From Eledone cirrhosa (Eukaryota), in NCBI GenBank assembly GCA_964016885.1, contig OZ024741.1:366792001-366856000 (forward strand): a stretch of 64,000 nt of DNA. The letters run 5' to 3'. The notes below the pieces were generated by a model. It was not told the DNA's origin. It searched no databases and saw only the letters and a list, made by a program, of their open reading frames with translations. Below are positions 52,321 through 64,000 of the stretch, in pieces. How positions within the stretch are numbered: the stretch's first letter is position 1; every line of letters starts with the position of its first letter. The position numbers and the translations under genes are program-made.

Positions 52321-55220
52321 ATATAATGATATATAATAAACAATACAACAAGCGTTTTGAGGCCATTTTAGCTACTAGAGCACAGGTCAGGGATCCTTTT
52401 GGGGGCAACGTTTTATAGGCAGATGCTTTTCCTGGTGCCAACCATTTTAGTCACCTCATATGGCACACAGGCATATGGTGCACATATTCTAAACTGGATA
52501 CACATTGAAAATATATAGTAATATAGTAAGTTGAAAAACTTTAAGTCAGGTTATCCATGTAATTGGTTGGCGAGAACTCGCTATGGATGCCCAAATATCT
52601 AATAACAACTAAGGGAGATAACTCCAATAATATCAGCCTATCAAATTTTTTGAAACTAAAAATGAAATACATTCTGTAAAGTGGTTGGTATGCAAAAGGT
52701 CGAGAGGGCTTTTCAGTCTTTTCAAAGACATAACAACCTCCCTTTTATCATGATAAAATGTACTTAATACACTCTGTAGAGTGCAAGAGACATATGTAAG
52801 CAAGATGCAACCCCTGGCCCATCTTTGAGATCAGTAGCTCCAGCTAAATATTGATTTGGTGGGTGACAACCTGTCCAATCATTTCTAGCAGGGAAAATGG
52901 ATGTTAAATGATGATGATGATTTTGATGCTGATGATGATGATGACGACAATGATGATACACACAGAAACTATGTTGTAATATACTATGTTGAAAAGGTTT
53001 CATTAAGTGAGGTTATCCATGCAATTGATAAATGAAAACTCTCTATGGTTACCTAAAAATTTAATGGTATGGTATGATCCACTAACTCCTGATAGAGTCA
53101 TAGGGGTGCCATATTTACATACAGCGTTTCTTGGGCATTTTAAGCCTGATGGAGCCCATCCCTCTCCAGGGCTGAGTACAGCATATTTCTTCCAGAGAGA
53201 GGAAGAATTGACCCCAGTACTAGACTGGAACTTTTTTGTCAACCTCAAAATGATGAAAAGCAAAGTTGACCTCAACAGGATTTGAACTCAGAGGGCAGAG
53301 AGCCAGAACAAATACTATAAAGCATTCTAAGATAATTCGCCGGCTTTAAAATTTAATAACGAAAACTAAAGAAAATAACTCCAGTAATTGTTTCTACTTT
53401 AGGTATAAGGCCAGCAATTTGAAGGTGAGGTAAAAATCGATTAAAACGACCCCCAGTGCATTACTGGTGCTTTATTTTATCGACCCCGTAAGGATGAAAG
53501 GCAAAGCTAACCTCAGTGGGATTTGAATTCAGAACATAAAGGGCACTAACTCTATGCCATGAAGCATGTTATCCAGCACTATTCCAATACTGCCAATCCA
53601 CTGGCCTCCAATAATATCAGCCAATCAGAATTTTTGGAAAATAAAAAAAATAAAAAATATTGATTAATCCTTTTGTTACCAATGAAAAACCCTGCCCCTT
53701 CTTTTCAAATAATTTTGAAAATAATCAAGAATTTTGAAGAATTTAGTAAAATATTTTTCTTATTATTAAACTGGTGTTTGGAACATAACTTAACAAAGGT
53801 TCTTATATAAAATTATGAAAAAAGGCTTTTATATAAATATAGATTTTTAAAACAGTTTTAGGTTGTAGAACCAGGGGTAGTTTCAGACAGTTTGGTAACT
53901 GAGATTATCAAAGCAATTAGTAAAAAAAACTCTCTCTGGGAGTGTTTAATATCTAAAGCAACAGTATCTAGTAGAGTCTCAGATGTGTGATATAGAGTGT
54001 TAAAAATATCTAATTAACTAAGATTATTCATGCAATTAGTACATTGTAGCAACCTTTAGAATTTAAAATCAAGGAAAACAGCTCCAGCAATATCAGCCAA
54101 TCAAAATGCTTGGAAAATAACGAGGAGTGATTGGGCAGAGTGAATGGAATGTCATATTAAGTGCCTCAGTATTTGTTCTGGCTTTCTGTACTCTGATTAT
54201 AAATCCCACCAAAGTCAACTTTGCATTTCTCACCCTTTTGGGGTTGAGAAATAAAATCTCAATCCAAGGCTGATGTTTTAGCAGAATCCTTAAAGAGTCA
54301 GATGGGATGTTTTGCAGATTCTGTTCTGGCTCTGTCTATCAATCACACCTCCTAACACCAGAAAAATGGTGAAACCTCTGCCAGGAGTTGTCACCAAAAG
54401 ATAGTATCAGTAACGGAAAGACCAATGGAAACATTATTTCCAGGATTTGATATGATGATCGACTTCTTTTCCTTTCTTTTCCTATATAAAATAAAGATAA
54501 AATATTTATTGTGAGCTATATAGCTCTATTGACTTATTCACTAATACAAGCAATGTGTCACTAAAAATAAACATTGCAAGGGGCTGAAGACTACAGTGTT
54601 GCCAATCAAATAGAAACAATATAGGGTTTAAGCGGACAAGGTAGTTTATTTATTTATTTTTTTTTTTTTTTTTACACCTGGGAATGAAATGCCCCCAGTT
54701 GTTGTCACAACACCTTTCTAGGAGAAGGACACTCTGAAAAAAACCCTGCGGCTTCGGAAGCATCCGATGATGTTGACCAGTTCTCCTTTTCAGGTAGTGG
54801 TTTCGATGTTTGGGATTGGTCGAGTGGAAGGCCTTTCCCCACTTAAAAACCCCTTCAAAGCACAGGCATTGCTTGTTAAGGATCTGTTACAGGTTCGTGT
54901 GGCTGACCGTAGTCTAAAAGTGCACCAAACACTATAATCTGACAAGCAATTGCAATACTCTTTGCAGAGTTTGCAGCCATCATATATATATATATATTTT
55001 TGAGACGATCGACTTTCGTCAAATCGGACCGAGGGAACAATGTTTCCGTTGGTCTTTCCAATTGCTAATACTATCTATCGGTCACAACTCCAGGTAGAAG
55101 GAGCAACGTGAAATAAAGTGTCTTGCTCAAGGACATAACGCATCGCCTGGTCCAGGAATCGAACTTACAACCTTACGATTGCGAATCCAATTCTCTAACC
55201 ACTCAGCCACACGCCTTCAC

Positions 55221-55322
<102 letters not shown>

Positions 55323-55565
55323 GTATCCACTTTTTTAACATAAAAACAGGTAGAATTCCCAAAACTAATCAGATCAGAGCAAACAACACGGACACTCTAT
55401 CTCAAAATTATTTTTGAAAAGCATTTAGAAATGCGCAACCGGTAAAAACTTAAAAACTTAAAACCACAACTGAATACTAACCCATACAATCACTAATACT
55501 CTTTTATTCCTAATTAAACCATTTTTCAAATGTGAACAATTTGTCAGCATTTTCTATTCCGTTTA

Positions 55566-55657
<92 letters not shown>

Positions 55658-55682
55658 CGATATTAAACAAATAAACCATATT

Positions 55683-55748
55683 TATTTCATTATACATATT
55701 TCGGGGATACCATATTAAAAATATGGCATGCCTTCTTCAGATAAAATA
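55683..55748 (-). ncRNA. Type-I hammerhead ribozyme (A-C mismatch at the base of stem II)
   Basis: UAUUUUAU CUGAAGA AGGCAUGCCAUAU UUUUA AUAUGGUAUCCCC GAAA UAUGUA UA/ AUGAAAUA. Confidence 0.7.
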
Positions 55749-55843
55749 CAATATATAAGCAGTTTTATAAATAATTTTGACGTACCATAAATATTGATCA
55801 ACTTTCATGTAAGAAGTTGGTACATATATATATATATATATAT

Positions 55844-56614
55844 ATCATCATCATCATCATCATCAACGTTTAACGTCCGTGTTCCACGCTTGCATGGGTT
55901 TGGACGGGGGTAGTCCCACTTGAGGCAAGAGTGATTGTCTTGCTCGCATAGGACTGTCTGGCAGGTTTTCTACAGTTGGATGCCCTTCCTAACACCAACC
56001 ACATTTACAGTGTGGGTCTGGGAGGTTTTTACCGTGTTGCCTACACGGCCACATTACAGCGTGGACTGTGTGTTTTATTGTCGTGACACCTACACGATCT
56101 CATTTGTTTCGGCCTCGATGGCGCGGCACCAACATAACTTTACATAGAACGGGGTGGTGTGGATGGGGTGGGGGTGGTGGTGGTGGGACGGGGTGTATTT
56201 TGTTAGAGATGCCTACTGGCTGGAGTAGGTTTTACTATATATTTAGGTAAGGCGGGTCTTCTCTGTTACTGAGTACCGCCAAAGGTCTCGGTCCAGTGAC
56301 ATTGTCTTGGAGAGGTGTAAGTGTGTGATGTCGGAGTTTATCAGCTCGTCCCAGGTTTTTCTAGGTCTGCCTATTCCGTGACTACCGTCTATCTTTATTG
56401 CCCTGCACTTTGTTATACAGCTATCGACTTTCATGCGCATCACGTGTCCATACCAACGTAGCCTTCTCTCGAGTAAACAACATCTGATCCCTCTTATCTC
56501 TAATTTTTTCCTTAGTTCGTTTATGCTTTGCCGTTCACGTATATTACTGTTACACATCCAGCGGAGCATGCAAGCTTCGTTCCTCTCTAGTCTGCGTATA
56601 TCCTCTGCACACAA

Positions 56615-56617
<3 letters not shown>
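55844..56617 (-). mobile_element. 5'-truncated RTE LINE in (TA)n (same family as 49686-50905)
   Basis: [41 protein letters not shown]. Confidence 0.9.
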
Positions 56618-56656
<39 letters not shown>

Positions 56657-56660
56657 TATA

Positions 56661-56801
<141 letters not shown>

Positions 56802-57038
56802 CGTTTCTGAATTTGTTTAGCAAGATTCTTTATCTGAAATCGTGTGTTGAAACCGATATTGTTATACTTTGGGAGGGTCATGTTGCCAATAAGAAACACA
56901 CGCACTAGTTGCTTTCACTTCAATTTATTATATATTTATAAATTTATAAATTTACAAATCTACAAACTTATAAATTTCTGGTTGGTTGGTTGGTTCCACA
57001 ACCAGATAGTTGTTTATATATAGTCATAGTCCTTTCGC

Positions 57039-57449
57039 AAGACATACCCGTTCCAAAGACCCTCATGTATAGATAAGAAATGTATAACCTGTAAAATAAG
57101 CCCCCATATTAACTGTAAAACTAGAAATGTAGTGTATAGCATAAGATGTACTGAAGGACAATGTAGAAACAAAAATATAGTGTACATAGGTGAGACAGCT
57201 CGTAGTATAGGGGAACGGATAAATGAACACTGGCGAGACCTTCAAGATAATAAAGAATCATCTGTACTCTACCAACATGCTAAGATAGAACACAAGGGTA
57301 AATTAGAGAACATAGAAATAAAAATAGAATCCACACACAGAAAAGATGCAATGTTTAGGCAAATTACAGAGGCAGTAAGCATAAAAGAATTACAACCAAA
57401 ATTAAATAGAAAATATGAGTGGAACAGCAACATCACAACTTACAATTAA
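57039..57449 (+). CDS. PLE GIY-YIG endonuclease domain (5'-truncated ORF)
   Basis: PSCIDKKCITC..NCKTRNVVYSIRC..C..YIGETARSIGERINEH..VLYQHAKIEH..RQITEAVSI..LNRKYEW. Confidence 0.88.
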   Translation, partial: KTYPFQRPSCIDKKCITCKISPHINCKTRNVVYSIRCTEGQCRNKNIVYIGETARSIGERINEHWRDLQDNKESSVLYQHAKIEHKGKLENIEIKIESTHRKDAMFRQITEAVSIKELQPKLNRKYEWNSNITTYN

Positions 57450-57653
57450 GGACAAAATGAAAACATACACACACATAGAACAAACAACCAACCAACAACA
57501 TGTAAATAAATAAACAAATAGATAAATGAACACAAACACACACAGACACCCGGATGTGGCGCATGCGCAAACTGAGCACACAACACACACACAGAAACAA
57601 AATGGCGTAGGACAGAAGAAAGGAAAGGCACAGAAACAAAGAAAGGAATCCCC

Positions 57654-57698
57654 AGTCACTGAAGAGGTCACAGAGTGTGTGACGAAAGGACTATGACT
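57654..57698 (+). ncRNA. Minimal type-I hammerhead ribozyme in the PLE pLTR
   Basis: AGUCA CUGAAGA G GUCACA GAGUG UGUGAC GAAA GGAC UA/ UGACU. Confidence 0.85.
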
Positions 57699-57854
57699 AT
57701 ATATAAACAACTATCTGGTTGTGGAACCAACCAACCAACCAGAAATTTATAAGTTTGTAGATTTGTAAATTTATAAATTTATAAATATATAATAAATTGA
57801 AGTGAAAGCAACTGGTGCGTGTTTCTTATTGGCAACATGACCCTCCCAAAGTAT

Positions 57855-58121
<267 letters not shown>

Positions 58122-58164
58122 GTATATACATATATATATATGTATATACATATATATATATATA

Positions 58165-58261
<97 letters not shown>

Positions 58262-58859
58262 ATAACACCCCGGTGGGCAAGCGGTGTAAACAAACATCTG
58301 TGAACCAAATGTACATCCCAGACCCTGCTCGAACAAGCATTAGTGAAGCAACAACCACTAAATAATAAATGTGCATCCCAGGCCCGGCTCAAACCAGGCG
58401 ATGTGTTATGTCCTTGAGCAAGACACTTTATTTCACGTTGCTCCTTCTACCTGGAGTTGTGACCGATAGATAGTATTAGCAATTGGAAAGACCAACGGAA
58501 ACATTGTTCCCTCGGTCCGATTTGACGAAAGTCGATCGTCTCAAAAATATATATATATATATGATGGCTGCAAACTCTGCAAAGAGTATTGCAATTGCTT
58601 GTCAGATTATAGTGTTTGGTGCACTTTTAGACTATGGTCAGCCACACGAACCTGTAACAGATCCTTAACAAGCAATGCCTGTGCTTTGAAGGGGTTTTTA
58701 AGTGGGGAAAGGCCTTCCACTCGACCAATATATATATATATATATTCCAATATATATATATATATTACAAAAGTACATAAATAACAATACCAAAATACAT
58801 AGAACTGGTCAAATAATTTCAATCAGATTAATACACCATGAAATCACCATCATTAAGAA

Positions 58860-59190
58860 TCAGAAACAACAACACAATGATAAATATTTTAAGGCCATTT
58901 CCCTTGTTAAAGCAGGAGTTAGCCTTGCTAGGTCCCATCACAAACTTCTCCATTTTGCCCTATTATCTTCATCCTCTGTCATCAACTTTCATTTTCTCTT
59001 CCATCTTCTTTAGTCATGTCTTCCATGGTCTTCCCTTTCCTCTACTTTCTTCCACATTTATTTCCGTCACTTTTCTCACCCAGTCACTTTCATCTTTTCT
59101 CAAACAATTGACCCAACCATCTCATTCCATTTCTTTTCGCAACTTTCATCACTGGTTCTAATCCCATCAACCTCTGCAATTCACTGTTTG
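58860..59190 (-). mobile_element. Old RTE 3' fragment
   Basis: LRKDESDWVRKVTEINVEESR.GRPWKT. Confidence 0.6.
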
Positions 59191-59234
59191 CCTTGCTCAA
59201 CTGCCAAAACACTAGTTAGTAGTCTGGTATATAT

Positions 59235-59444
59235 ATTGAATTAGTAGCTTTCACCATAATTCTTTTCAACAGGAAGTAGTCTAACAACGGGGTGTATAAA
59301 CACCCAGAACATAAAAAATGGCTATCGGTGTTTATATTGTGCAAAATGGGATGCCCATCTTCTCTGTACTAGGGGTCTATGTAACCCAATTATTAGACTA
59401 TTTTTTGTAGAAAAAAAAAATATAGTGAAAGCTACTAATTCAAT
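59235..59444. mobile_element. MITE-like element with 24-bp inverted termini
   Basis: ATTGAATTAGTAGCTTTCACCATA / TATAGTGAAAGCTACTAATTCAAT. Confidence 0.65.
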
Positions 59445-59620
59445 TCAATTTTTAAAATCCAATCGTAGCCATCTTCTAAAAACACGTGATATTTACATAT
59501 ATATATATACCTCAAACAACTTGAGTAGTACCTGCTATATGGCAGCTACAACTTCAAATCATACCCAATATTGTATATATATTTATACATAAATGTATAT
59601 GTATGGATATGTATGTATGT

Positions 59621-59699
<79 letters not shown>

Positions 59700-59705
<6 letters not shown>

Positions 59706-60380
59706 TAACAGATTAAAGTTTAAGCAAAGAATCGCTGCTTTCACCCTTAACGGGATCTTCTGAAACTAAAAAAATCAATCTGTGAACGCAGAAGTAAATA
59801 TTTCGAAAAACGTTGCAATCGAAGGAAGACAGGAAGACGATACTTTGGTTCGTGGAAACATTCCCTGGCAAAGAACAAAAAAAAAACGAAGATAATATGT
59901 CGTTATTTGGAGCGGTGAAAACAATTACACGCAAAGACAAAACCACGTTCATGGTATAAATGAAGTCGTAGACTAATATTCTATTAGGTGGTGGTTTTGT
60001 CTTTGCGTGTAATTGTTCTCAACGCTCCACATAATGACGTATTATCTTCGTTTTTTCCGTTAATTGCCAGGGAACGTCTCCACGAACCACCTAATAGAAT
60101 ATTAGTCTACGACTTCATTTATACCATGAACGTGGTTTTGTCTTTGTGTGTAATTGTTTTCACCGTTCCAAATAATAACGGATTATCTTCGTTTTTTTTT
60201 TTGTTCTTTGCCAGAGAACGTTTCCACGAACCAAAGTATCGTCTTCCTGTCTTCCTTCGGTTGCAACGTTTTTCGAAATATTTACTTCTGCATTCACAGA
60301 TTGATTTTTTTTAGTTTCAGAAGATCCCGTTAAGGGTGAAAGCAGCGATTCTTTACTTAAACTTTAATCTGTTATTTTAA
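59700..60380. repeat. Large fold-back (59700-59992 / 60086-60380) with an internal ~100-bp direct duplication, PLE-like, in (TA)n
   Basis: Arms are reverse complementary; 59991-60089 repeats 60132-60233. Confidence 0.85.
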
Positions 60381-60931
60381 TAAATATTTGCTCTACAGTT
60401 CTTATATATTTGATATATATTGATCCTTATCGAGCCCTCTTTGGATTTTAGTCTTCAAATTTATTATTATTACTATATATATATATATATATATATACAA
60501 AAAGTTATGAAACGAAAGGAGGTGTGTGGTTACTAAACACAAGGTTTAGGATTGGGGTTAGGACGAAAGGAGTTTCCATCGTCAGCTATAAATGTTTCCC
60601 GAACCGATGTTTCGGAGCTGAATTACAGGACATCGGTGTAGTTCGGGTGCGCCCGAGGCCTTTTATTAATCAAAAGGCCAGGTGGAAAAGGAGAGAGAAA
60701 GAGAGAGAAAAAGGAGAGAGAAAAGGAAAGAGAGGGAAAGGAGGAAGAACAGGGGGGGGGGGGAGATGAGGAGAGAGGAAGAAGGGAAAAAAAAATATAT
60801 ATATATATGTGTGTGTATGAATCGAAGTTGTAGCTGCCATATAGCAGGTACTACTTGAGTTGTTTGAGGTATATATATATGTAAATATCACATGCGTTTA
60901 GATACCATGTGAGTTTATATATATATATAAT

Positions 60932-61274
60932 GGAGGCACATGGCTTAGTGGTTAGAGCATTGGGCTTGCAATCGAAAGGTTGTGAGTTCATTTCTCAGAC
61001 CGGGTGATGTGTTGTTTCCTTGAGCAAGACACTTTATTTCACATTGCTCCAGTTTACTCAGCTGTAGAAATGAGATGATAGGACTGGGGTCCCTATCATT
61101 CCACTGCAAAGTGGTCGTGGAGGTGCCACGGAAAAAAAGCACCCAGCACTCACTGTAAATGAGGTTGGTGTTAGGAAGGGCATCCAGCTGTAGAAATCAA
61201 GCCAGAATCAGTTCCCGTCCCACCCTTGCAAGCAGGGAAAAGTGGACGTAAAATGATGATGATGATGATGATGA

Positions 61275-61277
<3 letters not shown>
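60932..61277 (+). mobile_element. Full-length SINE: tRNA-like head + CORE-like domain + RTE-derived tail
   Basis: A box TGGCTTAGTGG, B box GAGTTCATTTC, ccttgagcaagacactttatttcac, tail shared with local RTE 3' UTRs, (GAT)n. Confidence 0.88.
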
Positions 61278-61310
<33 letters not shown>

Positions 61311-61695
61311 GGAATAGAATGAAACGAAATTTCACTTCTCACTCTTAGTACGGCACTTACTTAAATGCAAATTAGGCTGCTCAGCCGTTAATATGCATAA
61401 GAAAAGTATATACTTTCAGACGTTCAACCATCTGGCAGGAAGGTATACGATGCTGACGATAGCTACTAAGCTTGAAACTAGTACATCGTTCCTGTGTCAG
61501 TGTTGAACAAAACGTGACGTGGTTGCCTAAACACTGTACGGCGTAATTTGGGCTGTTTGTTTGTTTACAAACAAACAAACCGAGCATTATAATAAATGTT
61601 CGGTAAACCGATACGTGCATATATATATATATGTATGTATATATACATACTACTGTACGTCTGTATACATATATGTATGTACGTATACATACATA

Positions 61696-61700
<5 letters not shown>
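61311..61700 (+). mobile_element. PLE pLTR remnant
   Basis: Homologous to 24041-24325; contains a hammerhead; (TA)n flanks. Confidence 0.7.
61447..61489 (+). ncRNA. Minimal type-I hammerhead ribozyme
   Basis: ACGAUG CUGACGA U AGCU ACUA AGCU U GAAA CUAG UA/ CAUCGU; perfect 6-bp stem I and palindromic ACUAGU stem III. Confidence 0.82.
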
Positions 61701-61772
<72 letters not shown>

Positions 61773-62002
61773 ATATATATATATATCATGTGTGTTTGTG
61801 TGTGTGTGTGTATGTACAGCAACTGTTAATATTATAGGTTGAGATGCCGCTACTGAACTTCTTGGCTTCATGCACACATATATATTCATTCATTTTATGT
61901 TCTTCTGGAGTGATAGCAGAAAAGAAGCTGAGTAATGCAAGTGGGGGTGGCTGTTATGGTATTGGTACGTAACAGTGTAGATATTGTGTAAAGTTTGGTT
62001 GG

Positions 62003-63520
<1,518 letters not shown>

Positions 63521-63655
63521 AGGTCAGTGTGTGTGTATGTATGCAACAAGAAGTGAACAGAAAAATACAACAACAACAACAAAAACAACAGGATTGAGAT
63601 ATTTCAAGTAATGAGTAAGTAAAAGCTGGGATCGTTATATTCCCATTCAGTTTAA

Positions 63656-63876
63656 CTCTTTACCATTTACATTACTCTATATTTACTATTTATATTTTCA
63701 GTGTTTGGCTTTATCTCACATAATTATCTTGCATAATATCAAATCTATGAGATTTAGATATCATTTATTTTGAGAACAATACCTTAACATTAGTATGAGC
63801 AGCTGGTTACAGCCAGTTTGAACAGAAAAAGGTGAGAGAATTCTGACTGGATATGGTCAGTTTAAATACTAAAGGG
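63656..63876. mobile_element. TTAA/piggyBac-type MITE
   Basis: TTAA|CTCTTTACCATTTA ... TAAATACTAAAGGG|TTAA. Confidence 0.8.
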
Positions 63877-64000
63877 TTAATATTAATTGTTTCTACGTTA
63901 GGCACAAGGCCAGCAATTACCCAGTGCATTACTGGTACTTTATTTTATCGACCCCGTAAGGTTGAAAGGCAAAGTTAACCTCGGCGGGATTTGAACTCAG

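Noticed and set aside
60312-60352. Hammerhead-like CAGAAGA-UCCCGUUAAGGGU-GAAA in the fold-back
   Set aside because: Core U4 is A in both arms and stems I and III do not pair.
60932-61004. tRNA-Cys(GCA) gene
   Set aside because: The acceptor stem does not pair and it continues into CORE and RTE-tail sequence, so it is a SINE head.

Overview
This is repeat-saturated, AT-rich eukaryotic DNA. The tRNA-headed CORE-type SINEs with RTE tails and the dense (TA)n/(CATA)n/(GAT)n microsatellites point to a cephalopod, probably Octopus (inference). I found no confidently identifiable host gene; the only candidate is one Gly-rich exon. The window is a mosaic of CR1, RTE, R4/Dong and Tx1 LINE fragments, SINEs, Helitrons, TTAA and hAT MITEs, a decayed hAT-Charlie transposase and Penelope-like elements (PLEs). 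Two observations stand out. First, the 2164-aa 'mucin' ORF is a 6.3-kb, 36-bp minisatellite that expanded in-frame inside the C-terminal linker of a pogo/DDE_1 transposase. Second, at least six full type-I hammerhead ribozyme motifs from several PLE families, plus mutant and half copies, sit mostly in or next to (TA)n tracts. They are often in fold-back structures, and several fold-backs break at ribozyme stem II. Local inverted duplications around (TA)n tracts are also frequent. Structures and coordinates were read by eye and need computational confirmation.
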